Shown here piece after piece: positions 19,167 through 29,666 of a DNA stretch of 64,000 nt. A model generated the notes under the pieces. The model did no database searches. It was not told the origin of the DNA and saw nothing but the letters and a program-made list of their open reading frames with translations. Positions within the stretch are counted from its first letter, which is position 1, and every line of letters starts with the position of its first letter. The stretch comes from an uncultured Acidobacteriota bacterium (GTDB lineage: Bacteria; Acidobacteriota; Thermoanaerobaculia; Multivoradales; SZUA-115). The position numbers and the translations under genes were made by a program. The stretch covers positions 576,001 to 640,000 of the forward strand of contig CAWDVR010000003.1 in the NCBI GenBank assembly GCA_963805975.1. The letters are read 5' to 3'.

Positions 19167-22100
19167 CTACGCCGCCTCGTCCGCGGCCACGCCCGGGCGG
19201 GTCTCGTCGAGAGCCGACTCGGCATGGGCAGCGAGCGCGGCGGGGCGGTGCTGGTCGCGCGGCGCGAGCGAGGTGAAGACCGCCGGCACGATGTAGAGCG
19301 TGAGCAAGGTGCCGATGGTGAGCCCGCCCACCACCGCGATTCCCATCGGGGCCCGGGACTCGGAGCCTGCCCCCAGCGAGAGCGCGATGGGCAGGATGCC
19401 CAGGATGGTCGAGAAGGTGGTCATCAGGATCGGGCGCAGGCGCTGGGACGCGGCGTCGAGCGTGGCCTCCACGAGAGCGGCACCCTGCTCGCGGCGCTGG
19501 TTGGCGAACTCGACGATCAGGATGCCGTTCTTGGTCACCAGGCCGATCAGCATCACCATGCCGATCTGGCTGAAGATGTTGATCGTCATGCCGAACGCCC
19601 AGAGCGCGACCAGGGCGCCGGCGAGGGCCGGGAACAGGGTCGTGAGCAGGATGGTGAACGGGTCCCGGAAGCTCTCGAACTGGCCGGCGAGCACCAGGTA
19701 GAGCAGCGCCGCGGCGAGGACGAAGACGAAGAGCAGGCTCTGCGAGCTCTCGACGAAGTCCCGCGCCTGGCCGGACACCGCGGTCGAGAACGACTCGTCC
19801 AGCACCTCCGTCGCGATGCGGCGCATGGCTTCGACACCGTCGCCGATCGTCTTGCCGGGAGCGAGGCTCGCCGAGACCGTGCCCGCGACGTAGCGGTCGA
19901 AGCGGTAGAGCTGCGGCGGGCTCGCCTCTTCCGCCACCGTCACCAGCTTGTCGAGCAGGATCGGCGCGCCGCCGCCGCCGCGCACGTAGAGATTCTGCAG
20001 GTCGAAGGTCTCGTCGCGGTTGCCGCGATCCACCTGCGCGATGATCTCGTACTGCTTGCCGTCGAGGAGGAAGAACCCCACACGCTGCTCGGCGAGCGCC
20101 ATCTGGAGGGTCTGCGCCACGGTCTGTGCCGAGATCCCGAGGTCTCGGGCACGGCCGCGGTCGATCGACAGGAGGAGCTCCGGCTTGTTGAACTGCAGGT
20201 TGACGTCGACGAAGGTGAAGGTGGGGTCGCTCTCCGCCGCCTCGACGAAGCGGGGCAGCGCTTCCTTGAGCTTGTCGAGCGTCGGCGCCTGGAGCACGAA
20301 CTCCACCGGCAGGCCGCGTCGCTGGCCCACGGACACCGTCGGCTCCTGGGTGATGGAGGTGCGGGCCTGGGGGAACCGCTTGGCGAGCTTCTCGAGCTCC
20401 GCGGCAATCTCCATCTGGCTGCGCCCGCGCTCCTCCGGGTCCTTGAGCACCAGCCGGATCGAGGCCGAGTTCACCGAGCTCGAACCGCCGAAGCCGGGAG
20501 AGGTGACGGTGATCAAAGAGTCGATCTCCGGGATCGACGCCACCACCTGCGGCGCGATCTCGTCCACGAAGCGGTCCATGTAGTCGAAGGTCGCGCCCTC
20601 GGGGCCGCGCGAGCTCATGCGGACTCCGCTCCGGTCCTCGAGCGGTGAGAGCTCCTTCGGCAGGCGCACCCACAGCAGGGCGATAGTGGCCAACGTGACC
20701 AGGATCGCCACCCAGGCGAGCCAGCGCACGCCGAGGAACGCCTCGAGGCTGCTGCGGTAGCCGCGGGAGAGCCCCTCGAAGAACGGCTCGGTCACGCGGT
20801 AGATCCACGGCTGGTGCTCCCGGTGCTTCAGGAGGCGGGAGGCGAGCATCGGCGTCAAGGTGAGCGCCACGAAGGCCGAGATCACCACCGAGCCGGCGAG
20901 CGTGATGCCGAACTCACGGAACAGGCGCCCGGTGAGGCCGCCCAGGAAGAGGATGGGCAGGAACACCACCACCAGCGACAGGGTCGTGGCGATGACCGCG
21001 AAGAAGATCTCCTTGGTACCGGCGATGCCCGCCGTGATCGGGTCCTGCCCGGCCTCGACCTTGGTGTAGATGTTCTCGAGCACGATGATCGCGTCGTCCA
21101 CCACGATGCCGATCGCGAGCACGATGGCGAGGAGCGTCAGCACGTTGATCGAGAAGCCAGCCAGGTAGAGCACGAAGAAGACACCGATCAGCGACACCGG
21201 GATCGCCAGGATCGGGATCAGCGTCGTCCGCCAGTCGCGCAGGAAGGCGAAGATGATGAAGATCACCAGGCCGAGAGCGATGAAGATCGTCTCCCGTACC
21301 TCGAAGATCGAGCGGCGGATGAAGCGCGTGTTGTCGAAGCCGTCCGCCACCTCGACGTCCGGGGGCAGGTCCCGCTTGATCAGCTCGACGCGGCGGCGGA
21401 ACTCGTCCACGATCTCGATGTGGTTGGCGCCGGGCTGCGGGCTCGCCACCACCGCCACCATGGGCACGCCGTTGCGCTTGAGCACCGAGCGCTCGTTGCG
21501 CGCCCCGAGCTCGGCGCGGCCGATGTCCGAGAAGCGGACCACGCGCCCTCCCTCTTGCTTGAGGATGAGGTCGTTGAAGTCCTCCACGGTGTTGAGCCGC
21601 GACATGGCCCGCACCGGCAGCTCGACCTCGCTGCCCTCGATGCGGCCGGCCGGCAGCTCGATGTTCTCGCGCGCCACGGCGTCGCGCACGTCGAGCGGCG
21701 AGAGCTGGTAGGCGGCGAGCTTGACGGGGTCGATCCACAGCCGCATGGCGTAGGTGCGCTCGCCGTAGATCTGGATGCGCGCCACGCCGGGGATGGTCTG
21801 CAGGCGCTCGGCGAACACGCGGTCGGCCAGCCGGGTGAGCTCGAGCAGGTTGCGGCCCGAGCTCGACACCGTGATCTGCACGATGGGCTGCGAGTCCGCG
21901 TCGGCCTTGGAGACCTCGGGCGGGTCGATGTCCGGCGGCAGGTTGCCGACGGTCGAGAACACACGATCGCGGACGTCGTTGGCCGCCCGTTCGAGGTCGG
22001 CGCCGAGATCGAACTCGACGGTAATGGTACTGCGCCCCTCGCGCGACACCGAGCTCAGCGTGCGGATGCCGTCGATGCCGTTGACCGCCTTTTCGAGCGG

Positions 22101-22295
22101 CTCGGTGACCTGCGAGTCGATGACGTCCGCGTTGGCGCCGCGGTAGTTGGTCGAGACCGTGATCACCGGCGGGTCCACCGCCGGGAACTCGCGCACGCCC
22201 AGGTAGCTGAAACCGATGGCGCCGAAGAGCACGATGGCGACCGAGAGCACGATCGCCAGCACGGGGCGGCGGATGGCGAGGGCGTAGAGGGTCAT
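19167..22295 (-). CDS. RND efflux permease (AcrB/AcrD/AcrF family)
   Basis: 1042 aa; GIVVDDAIIVLENI, GLVTKNGILIVEF and RLRPILMT. Confidence 0.95.
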   Translation of the reverse strand: MTLYALAIRRPVLAIVLSVAIVLFGAIGFSYLGVREFPAVDPPVITVSTNYRGANADVIDSQVTEPLEKAVNGIDGIRTLSSVSREGRSTITVEFDLGADLERAANDVRDRVFSTVGNLPPDIDPPEVSKADADSQPIVQITVSSSGRNLLELTRLADRVFAERLQTIPGVARIQIYGERTYAMRLWIDPVKLAAYQLSPLDVRDAVARENIELPAGRIEGSEVELPVRAMSRLNTVEDFNDLILKQEGGRVVRFSDIGRAELGARNERSVLKRNGVPMVAVVASPQPGANHIEIVDEFRRRVELIKRDLPPDVEVADGFDNTRFIRRSIFEVRETIFIALGLVIFIIFAFLRDWRTTLIPILAIPVSLIGVFFVLYLAGFSINVLTLLAIVLAIGIVVDDAIIVLENIYTKVEAGQDPITAGIAGTKEIFFAVIATTLSLVVVFLPILFLGGLTGRLFREFGITLAGSVVISAFVALTLTPMLASRLLKHREHQPWIYRVTEPFFEGLSRGYRSSLEAFLGVRWLAWVAILVTLATIALLWVRLPKELSPLEDRSGVRMSSRGPEGATFDYMDRFVDEIAPQVVASIPEIDSLITVTSPGFGGSSSVNSASIRLVLKDPEERGRSQMEIAAELEKLAKRFPQARTSITQEPTVSVGQRRGLPVEFVLQAPTLDKLKEALPRFVEAAESDPTFTFVDVNLQFNKPELLLSIDRGRARDLGISAQTVAQTLQMALAEQRVGFFLLDGKQYEIIAQVDRGNRDETFDLQNLYVRGGGGAPILLDKLVTVAEEASPPQLYRFDRYVAGTVSASLAPGKTIGDGVEAMRRIATEVLDESFSTAVSGQARDFVESSQSLLFVFVLAAALLYLVLAGQFESFRDPFTILLTTLFPALAGALVALWAFGMTINIFSQIGMVMLIGLVTKNGILIVEFANQRREQGAALVEATLDAASQRLRPILMTTFSTILGILPIALSLGAGSESRAPMGIAVVGGLTIGTLLTLYIVPAVFTSLAPRDQHRPAALAAHAESALDETRPGVAADEAA

Positions 22296-22308
22296 CGGGT
22301 CTCCGCGG

Positions 22309-23436
22309 TCATTGCACTTCGACGGGGGTGCCGGGCTTCACCTGCAACAGGCCGGAGGTGATGACCTGCTCGCCCCCCTCGAGCCCGGAGGTGACCTCCA
22401 CCAGATCCTCGGTGCGGATGCCGGTCTCGATGATGCGCGGCTGCGCGAGCCCGTTCTCCACCACGAACACCTTCTTGCCGGCGAGCTCGGGAACGATGGC
22501 GATCCCCGGCACCGCGAGCGCGTCCGGGCGCTCGCGCACCGTCACCTCCACGTCCGCGAACGCCCCCGGCAGCAGGGCGCCGGACGGGTTGGGGCTCTCG
22601 GCGCGGAGCTGGAGCGAGCGGGTCTCGAAGTCGACGGTCGGCTGGATGGCGTAGACGCGGGCGCGGAAGGCGGTCTCGCTCCCCTTGACGCGGAAGATCA
22701 CCTCGCGCCCGACCTTCACCTCGCCGGTGTAGCGCTCGGGCAGCGAGAAGTCGAGCTTGATGGGCTCGATGTCCTGGAGCGTGGTGATGCGGGTCTGCGG
22801 CGAGAGGTAGGCGCCGAGAGAGATCTCGCGCAGACCCACGGTGCCGGCGAAGGAGGCGCGGATCTCGGTCTTCTTGAGCTGCGCCTCGATCAGCTTCTGC
22901 TCGGAGTCGAGCACGTTCCTTTCGCTCGCCTGGCGGTCGAACTCCTCCTGGCTGATGATGCCTTCGTCGAACAGGCGCTTCTGCTGCGCCTCGCGCTCGG
23001 CGGCGAGCTTGCTGCGGAAGCGGGCGCGCTCGAGCTGGGCCAGGAGCTCGGAGTCGTCGATCTTGACCAGGAGATCACCCGCTGCCACGCGGCCACCCTC
23101 GGTGAAGCGCACCGCGACCACCTTGCCGGAGATCTCGCTCGTCACCGCGACGAACTCGTTGGCGCGGAGCGACCCCGTGGTGGAGAGCGTCTCGGCCACC
23201 CTCTGCCGGCGGACCGGGACCACAGTGACCGGCACCCGAGTCGGCGCGGCAGGTGCCACGGTGGCGGCAGCCGCAGCCGGCTCCTTGCTCCGCGACTGGA
23301 GGCGGGGCCAGGCGACGGCGGCCGCGAGGACGAGGGCAATGCCGGCCACGACGAGCCACCGTACCCGGCGGCCACCGCTCTTCTCTTGCAGCTCGAGGTT
23401 GCTCTCGGCGGCGGCTTGCTCAGCAGTTTCTGGCAC
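22309..23436 (-). CDS. RND periplasmic adaptor (membrane fusion protein)
   Basis: TM anchor, lipoyl halves (SEISGKV..V.F.EG; IRASFAG), helical hairpin; directly upstream of the RND permease. Confidence 0.92.
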   Translation of the reverse strand: MPETAEQAAAESNLELQEKSGGRRVRWLVVAGIALVLAAAVAWPRLQSRSKEPAAAAATVAPAAPTRVPVTVVPVRRQRVAETLSTTGSLRANEFVAVTSEISGKVVAVRFTEGGRVAAGDLLVKIDDSELLAQLERARFRSKLAAEREAQQKRLFDEGIISQEEFDRQASERNVLDSEQKLIEAQLKKTEIRASFAGTVGLREISLGAYLSPQTRITTLQDIEPIKLDFSLPERYTGEVKVGREVIFRVKGSETAFRARVYAIQPTVDFETRSLQLRAESPNPSGALLPGAFADVEVTVRERPDALAVPGIAIVPELAGKKVFVVENGLAQPRIIETGIRTEDLVEVTSGLEGGEQVITSGLLQVKPGTPVEVQ

Positions 23437-23563
23437 GAAGGAGGTCTCCCGCTTTGAATCGAGGGTGTTTCAAGCAAGACGCGCACCCGGCGCGGAAAGA
23501 GCCTACTACAACATTAGGTGAAGGGGCGTGACAGCCGGATGGCGGCGTGTCAGCCCCCTCTGT

Positions 23564-24661
23564 TCACCACCTCCCGCTCGCACCACGGCCGGAGAAGCTG
23601 CCCCCTCCCACGGAGCGGCCCCCGGTACTCGAGGACGAGGACCTGGTGAGGACCGGCGTCGAGCGGGCGTAGGTCTGGGAGTAAGAGCAGGCGGCGCAGC
23701 GCTCCTCGATGCGCACTCTCCCGGCCTGGCTGTAGGTGGCTGCGGCGAGCGTCGTCTTGGTCTCGTTCTTGGTCTTGGCGCCGCATTGGGGGCATCTGGA
23801 GTACCTGGAGAACCAGCGGCCACGCTGGCGCTTGACCACTTCGGTGCAGGAGCTGCACGCCCAGACGCGCCAGTTGGCGCTGCCCACGCGCTCCTCGGCC
23901 AGCTCGCCGGGCGTGAGATGGGCGTCGTCCGCCGCCTCGTCCAGCTCGACCATCGGCTGCCGGCAGCGTGGGCAACGCTCGTTGCCGGGGGTCAGCTTGC
24001 GAACCAGCCAGACCCCGCCTCCCAGCAGGCCCGCTGCGAGCGCCGCCAGCAGGCCTCCCGTGACCGGGTCTGTCTTGCGACCGGAAGAGCCTTCACTTCG
24101 TGCCCGGGCCGGTTGGCGCGCCGGGGTCTCGAGCAGGGATTGCCGGTCCTCGAGCGCCCCCAGACCGAGGATGCGCTCGGCGCAGGCCGTGGCCCCTTCG
24201 AGCATCGCGGCTTCGGGGTCTCCGGCGCGGAACTTGGGGACCATCACGCCCTGCATGATGGCCTCGCTGCTGCGCACGCTGGCGTCGGAGTCGATGCCGT
24301 CACCCAGGAGGATCTCGGCGGCGCGGTCGTCCAGGGCCGCGAAGACCAGCAGGCCGTCGTCCCGCTCCGAGCTCGCCAGGCCCCAGCGGTTGGCGAGATC
24401 GAGCGCGAAGCGGTGCGCGTCCACGCCGCCGGTGGTGTCGACGACGACCACGGCCAGCTCGGCGCCGGTCTCGGCCTTGACGCGGTCGCCCAGCCGGCCG
24501 AGCTCGGCCTCGGTCGCGGCGGACAGCGCACCGGCCTGGTCGACGACCCAGCCGTTGGGACGGGGGTCCGCGAGCTGGCCGAGCTCGACCGCCAGGCCCG
24601 GCCCGGCGAGGGCGGCGCTTGCGACCAGAAGAGCAGAGAACCAGGGCGGCCTACGAGCCAT
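23564..24661 (-). CDS. TPM-domain protein with TM segment, two Zn-ribbon pairs and Gly/Ser-rich tail
   Basis: WVVDQAGAL..AELAVVVV..DDGLL TPM domain; CPRC/CSSC/CPQC/CAAC; ends GGGSFSGRGASGRW. Confidence 0.85.
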   Translation of the reverse strand: MARRPPWFSALLVASAALAGPGLAVELGQLADPRPNGWVVDQAGALSAATEAELGRLGDRVKAETGAELAVVVVDTTGGVDAHRFALDLANRWGLASSERDDGLLVFAALDDRAAEILLGDGIDSDASVRSSEAIMQGVMVPKFRAGDPEAAMLEGATACAERILGLGALEDRQSLLETPARQPARARSEGSSGRKTDPVTGGLLAALAAGLLGGGVWLVRKLTPGNERCPRCRQPMVELDEAADDAHLTPGELAEERVGSANWRVWACSSCTEVVKRQRGRWFSRYSRCPQCGAKTKNETKTTLAAATYSQAGRVRIEERCAACSYSQTYARSTPVLTRSSSSSTGGRSVGGGSFSGRGASGRW

Positions 24662-24733
24662 CGGACCCTCCTTCCCGGCTGGCGATGACGAGCCAGTGGT
24701 GCTCGATCCTACGCACCGCGACCGCGTTGATTC

Positions 24734-25964
24734 CTACCACTTCCCGCTCGCCCCGCCTCCCGAGGAACTGCCGCCGTCGGAGTCCGAAGAGGAAGGTCCC
24801 GAGGGGGAAGGTGAGGAGTGTGCCGGGCCAGTGGTCGACCTTCGATAGACTGGGGGAGCGGAGCTGGCGAAGCCCCAGCGCCGGCGAGGCCGGTGGTCGT
24901 GCACCAGCCGCGGCACCATCTGGCTCGAAGCGGTGGCGTAGCCGCAATGCGCGCAGCTCTCTCGGATCTGGACCACGCCTTCGCTGTACCGGGTTGGGTG
25001 GTCGACGGTGTCCCTCGTGATGTCCAGCGTGGCGTAGCCGCACTGCGGGCAGGGTTTGAAGCGGGTGAAGAAGCCCGCCTTGCGGAGCTTCTCGGCGTAC
25101 TGGCAGCTCGGGCAGCACCATACCTGCCAGTCGGCGCTACCCGCCCGCTCCTCGGCCCGCTCGCCGGCTTCGAGCCGCCGAGTCGTCGCCGACCTCGTCC
25201 ATCTGGACCATGGCGGCCTTGCACCTCGGGCAGGCACGGGGCCGGCGGCGGAAGATCCGGCGCAGGAGCCACAGGAAGGCGAGGACGGCGGCGGCCAGTG
25301 CCACCAGGCAGGAGCAGCCGGCGAAGAGGTCGCCTCCCGAGGCCGGCCGCCGTGGGGCGGGAGCCGGGGCGGGCACCGCTCTTTGGGCCGGTGGCGCCTC
25401 CACCGGTCCGGGAGGCGCCGCAATCGGACCGGCTCCCGGCGACGTCTCGGCCGCCAGCGGCACGGCGCGAAGGATCTGCTCCGCGCAGGCCCGGGCGCCG
25501 GCGACGAGAGCGCCCTCCGGGTCGCCGCGCCGGAAGAGCGGCACCATGCTCGCCTGCATGATCCGCTCGGAGAGGCTACGGTTCTGCGTCGAGTCGATCC
25601 CGTCGCCGAGCACGATCTCGGCGGCGCGGTCCTCGATCGCCGCCAGCAGCAGCAGGCCGTCGTTGCGCCGGGAGTCACCCAGGCGCCAGCGGTTGAAGAG
25701 CTCGACGGCAAAGGCATGGGGATCGCGGCCGCCGGTGGTGTCGATCGCCACCACCACGATCTCCGCGCCCGTCTCGGCCTTGACGTGGCGGCCCAGGCTC
25801 TGGAGCGCGGCCTCGGTGTCCGCCGAGAGCGCACCTACCTGGTCCAGGACCCAGCCGCCGGGACGGGGATCGCGGAGGTCGCTCAGGGGAACCGCGAGTC
25901 CCGGCTGCGCACCGGCCAGGGCGAGAAGGAGGAGTGGGGCGAGAAGCGGCTGCTTCAGAGCCAT
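24734..25964 (-). CDS. Second TPM-domain/Zn-ribbon paralog, frameshifted near 25180
   Basis: N-part (MALKQPLL...TPM...CPRC) is the tail of ORF 25137-27491; C-part (CPSC, CPQC, CAHC, GASGKW) is the tail of ORF 24734-25834; collinear with 23564-24661. Confidence 0.78.
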
Positions 25965-26044
25965 CGAGAACCTCGCTGTCGAGCGGGGACGGGGCGTCGC
26001 TAGTCGCCAATACGCGAGCCGCTCTGCGGCATTCCGGGTCGCTC

Positions 26045-26320
26045 CTACCCCCGCAGCTTCTCGACCTTCGCGTCCCGCTCGGACTCCATGCGGCTCTTCT
26101 CGCGCCGGTAGTAATCCTCCTGCTCGGCGCGCTTCAGGGGATCGCCCAGGGTCTTGATCTTGTCCTGGTGCAGGATCTCCAGCTCGGCCAGCTTGGCGCC
26201 GGCCAGGCGGCGGATCTCGGCCATCTGCTCGCGGGCCTCGGCCGAGAGAGCCTCCTCGCGCGGCGCCGCGATCCCCTGGGACTCCATTTTTTCGAGCGCC
26301 AGCTCGTAGGCGGATTTCAT
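26045..26320 (-). CDS. Small helical hypothetical protein
   Basis: MKSAYELALEKMESQG..., 91 aa; coding-like codon use; TAGACT -10 box 8 nt upstream of ATG. Confidence 0.7.
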   Translation of the reverse strand: MKSAYELALEKMESQGIAAPREEALSAEAREQMAEIRRLAGAKLAELEILHQDKIKTLGDPLKRAEQEDYYRREKSRMESERDAKVEKLRG

Positions 26321-26456
26321 AGCGGGCCAGTCTACCCCTTGCGCCCGTCTTCCTGTAGCCTCGGGGACCGCCGCGAGGCACTGAATTTGCTTTCCGCGCC
26401 CGCGGAGCCCGAGCACCAAGCCGTTTTGACACGATTTTCGGAGGGTCCGTTCCGCC

Positions 26457-27440
26457 ATGATCGAAGCGCAGCACCTGTCGCGCCGCTACGGCGATTTCAC
26501 GGCCGTGGACGACATCTCCTTCGCCATCGACGAACGCGAGATCGTCGGCATCCTCGGCCCCAACGGGGCCGGCAAGACCACCACCATCCGCATGATCACC
26601 GGCTTTCTCCCCCCGAACCAGGGGCGGGTGGTGGTCGGAGGGCAGGACCTCTTCGCCAACCCGGTGGCCGGGCGCCGGCAGATCGGCTACCTGCCGGAAA
26701 ACGTCTCCCTCTACGGCGAGATGCGGGTCGAGGAGTACCTCTCCTACCGTGCCGCCCTCGAAGGGATGAAGCGCGGCGCGGCGCGGCAGGCGATCGGCGA
26801 GACGGTGGAGAAGTGCCTGCTCACGGACGTCCGGCGGCAGATCATCGGTACCTTGTCCAAGGGCTACCGCCAGCGCGTGGGCCTCGCCACCGCCATCCTC
26901 CACCAGCCCAACGTGCTGGTGCTCGACGAGCCCACCGTGGGCCTCGATCCCAAGCAGATCATCGCCATCCGCGACCTGATCCGCGAGCTGGGGCGGGAGC
27001 GGACGCTGCTCCTTTCGACACACATCCTGCCCGAGGTCGAGCTGCTCTGTAACCGGGTGCTGATCATCGATCGCGGACGGATCGTGGACCAGGGCTCGCC
27101 GGAAGCGCTGCGGGAGCGCTGGCGCGGCAACGCCCAGCTCCGGGTGGTGGTCAAGGGCGACCCGCCGCAGGCGCAGTCGGCGCTCGCGAGCCTCGAGGGC
27201 GCCAAGGCCGTGCGGGCCGACGGTGCCGGCGCCTGGCTGGTGGAGAGCGACGGCGGCCGCGACCTGCGCGAGGCCGCCTTCCGGCTCGCCGTGGAGCGCG
27301 GCTGGGTGCTGCTCGAGCTGGCGGAGCGCAAGGCTTCGCTCGAAGACATCTTCGTCCGCCTCACCACCCACGACGCCGCGGCGCACGACGACGTGCCACC
27401 TGAGGGCGTGGCCCAGGAGAGCGGGGAGGTGCAGGCATGA
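26457..27440 (+). CDS. ABC transporter ATP-binding protein (GldA-like)
   Basis: GPNGAGKTT, LSKGYRQR and LDEPT. Confidence 0.93.
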   Translation: MIEAQHLSRRYGDFTAVDDISFAIDEREIVGILGPNGAGKTTTIRMITGFLPPNQGRVVVGGQDLFANPVAGRRQIGYLPENVSLYGEMRVEEYLSYRAALEGMKRGAARQAIGETVEKCLLTDVRRQIIGTLSKGYRQRVGLATAILHQPNVLVLDEPTVGLDPKQIIAIRDLIRELGRERTLLLSTHILPEVELLCNRVLIIDRGRIVDQGSPEALRERWRGNAQLRVVVKGDPPQAQSALASLEGAKAVRADGAGAWLVESDGGRDLREAAFRLAVERGWVLLELAERKASLEDIFVRLTTHDAAAHDDVPPEGVAQESGEVQA

Positions 27441-28177
27441 GCGGCATCCTGGCAACGTTCCAGCGCGAGCTGCGCGCGTACTTCTTCTCACCGCTCGCCT
27501 ACCTGGTGGCGGCGTTCTTCCTGGTGATCAACGGCATCGTTTTCGGCATCATCGTCGGCTACCTGGCGGACCCGACCTTTCCCGCCGGCCGGCCGCTCGA
27601 CTACTTCTTCGGCGGTACCTGGCTCTTCTGGCTGGTGCTGATCTGCATCGTGCCGATCCTCACCATGCGCCTGATCTCCGAGGAGCGGCGCAGCGGCTCG
27701 ATCGAGGTGCTGATGACGGCGCCGGTGACCGAGACCCACGTGGTCACCGGCAAGTACCTGGCGGCCCTCACCTTCTACGCCTTCCTCTGGCTGCCCACCG
27801 TGCTCTACGCGGTGATCGTCGACGTCTACAGCGACATCGACTGGCGGACGGTGGGAGCCGGCTACCTCGGCATCCTGGGCATCGGCGCGGTCTTCCTGGC
27901 GCTCGGCACCTTCGCCTCGGCGATGACCAAGAGCCAGCTCGTGGCGGCGATCGTCACCTTCGCGCTCATCCTGGGCTTCTTCTGCGTCGTCTTCCTGGAG
28001 GGGCTGGTCAACGGCCCGGTGGCCAAGCAAGCGATGGAATACCTCTCGGTGCGCAAGCAGATGCAGGACTTCGCGATGGGCATTGTCGACACCCGCTACC
28101 TGGTGTACGACCTGTCGGTGACGGTCTTTTTCCTCTTTCTGACTACCAAGGCCCTCGCGGCCCGGAAGTGGAGGTGA
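27437..28177 (+). CDS. ABC-2 permease (GldF-like)
   Basis: RELRAYFFSPLAY, TMRLISEERRSGSIEVL; 6 TM. Confidence 0.9.
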   Translation: MSGILATFQRELRAYFFSPLAYLVAAFFLVINGIVFGIIVGYLADPTFPAGRPLDYFFGGTWLFWLVLICIVPILTMRLISEERRSGSIEVLMTAPVTETHVVTGKYLAALTFYAFLWLPTVLYAVIVDVYSDIDWRTVGAGYLGILGIGAVFLALGTFASAMTKSQLVAAIVTFALILGFFCVVFLEGLVNGPVAKQAMEYLSVRKQMQDFAMGIVDTRYLVYDLSVTVFFLFLTTKALAARKWR

Positions 28178-28181
28178 GGCG

Positions 28182-29663
28182 ATGAGCACGGTTCCCGCCT
28201 CGAACCGCCGCCCCTGGCTCGAAGGCTCGATGCTGGGCGCCGGCGTGCTGCTCGCCGCGCTGCTGCTGGTGGCCGTGAACTACTTCGGCTGGAAGTACCA
28301 CCAGCGCTTCGACTGGACCAAGACCCGGCTCTACTCGCTGTCCGAGAAGACCCACAACGTCGTCCGCACGCTCGACAAGGACGTCAACGTCTTCGTCTTC
28401 ACCAGCCCCGGCGCCACGCTCTCGGAGGAGGTGCAGGAGATCCTGTCGCGCTACCAGGCGGCGTCGCCGCGCATCAAGGTGCGGGTGCTCGACCCGGTGA
28501 AGAACCTCTCCGAGACCCAGCGCCTGCTCCAGCAGTACCAGACCCGCTACGCCCAGGGGTCGATCAAGGTGGTGTTCGACGATGGCACCGAGCGGCGCAT
28601 CTTCGACGAGGCCAACCTCGCCGAGCTCGACTACTCCGCCATGCAGATGGGCGGGCCACCGCAGATCCAGGCCTTCAAGGGCGAAGAGGTGTTCACCGGC
28701 GCCCTGCTGGAGCTGACCTCGGGCAAGAAGCCGAAGGTGCTCTTCGTCACCGGCCACGGCGAGAAACGGCTCGACGACCCGGCCTCCGGCTTCCAGGGCC
28801 TGTCGCAGCTCCTGTCGCGCAACAACGTCGAGACCGGCACCTGGGCCTCGCTCGGCCAGGCCGCGGTGCCGGACGGCACCGACCTCCTGGTGGTGGCAGG
28901 CCCCACGGCCTCGTTCGTGCCGCCGGAGCTGGACGCCTTCTCCGCCTACCTGGCGCTGGGCGGCCGCATGCTGTGGCTGCTCGATCCGCCCCTCGACCCG
29001 GAGGGCGGGATCGCCGACCTGGGAGTCGAGGACTGGATGCTGCGGCTGGGGGTCAAGGTCGGCCGCGACGTGGTGATCGACCCCGACAAGACCGTGCCCT
29101 TCTTCGGCGCCGAGACCTTCTTCCTGGAGTCGTTCGGCGACCACCCGGTGTGCAAGGCGCTCTCCGAGGCGCAGCTCGCGGTGATCGTCTCCCTGGCCCG
29201 CTCGGTGACCAAGGCGAGCGAGGCGCCCGGCTACACGGCGACCGAGCTGATGAAGACCTCGAACGACGGCTGGGGCGAGACCAACCTGGCCGCGCCTGCG
29301 GCCAAGGACTCCGGCGAGGTCGCGGGGCCGGTCTCGGTGGGCGTGGCGGTCGAGGCGATCGGCAGCGGTGCCGAGACCCCCGGCGAGAGTGCCAAGCCCA
29401 AGGCGCGCCTGGTGGTGCTCGGTGACTCGAACTTCGCCGGCGACGACCTCATCGCCTCCAACGGCAACGCCGTGCTGCTCGACAACGCCTTCAACTGGCT
29501 CCTGAAGCGGGAGTCCTTCCTCGGCATCCCGCCCAAGAAGCCGGAGCAGGCGCGGCTCAACGTCACCGGGGACCAGTTGCTCAAGGTCTTCCTGTCGATC
29601 GCTCTGCTGCCGATCGCGGCGGTCGCCGCCGGCGTCGCCGTCTACTTCAAGCGGAGGCGCTAA
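28182..29663 (+). CDS. GldG-like ABC auxiliary periplasmic component
   Basis: FDWTKTRLYSLS, FVTGHGE, LVVAGP and LVVLGDSNF; N- and C-terminal TM. Confidence 0.88.
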   Translation: MSTVPASNRRPWLEGSMLGAGVLLAALLLVAVNYFGWKYHQRFDWTKTRLYSLSEKTHNVVRTLDKDVNVFVFTSPGATLSEEVQEILSRYQAASPRIKVRVLDPVKNLSETQRLLQQYQTRYAQGSIKVVFDDGTERRIFDEANLAELDYSAMQMGGPPQIQAFKGEEVFTGALLELTSGKKPKVLFVTGHGEKRLDDPASGFQGLSQLLSRNNVETGTWASLGQAAVPDGTDLLVVAGPTASFVPPELDAFSAYLALGGRMLWLLDPPLDPEGGIADLGVEDWMLRLGVKVGRDVVIDPDKTVPFFGAETFFLESFGDHPVCKALSEAQLAVIVSLARSVTKASEAPGYTATELMKTSNDGWGETNLAAPAAKDSGEVAGPVSVGVAVEAIGSGAETPGESAKPKARLVVLGDSNFAGDDLIASNGNAVLLDNAFNWLLKRESFLGIPPKKPEQARLNVTGDQLLKVFLSIALLPIAAVAAGVAVYFKRRR

Positions 29664-29666
29664 GCC

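Noticed and set aside
25137-27491. 784-aa minus-strand ORF
   Set aside because: Only the part from 25964 downward is real (TPM protein); the rest is antisense to the ABC ATPase
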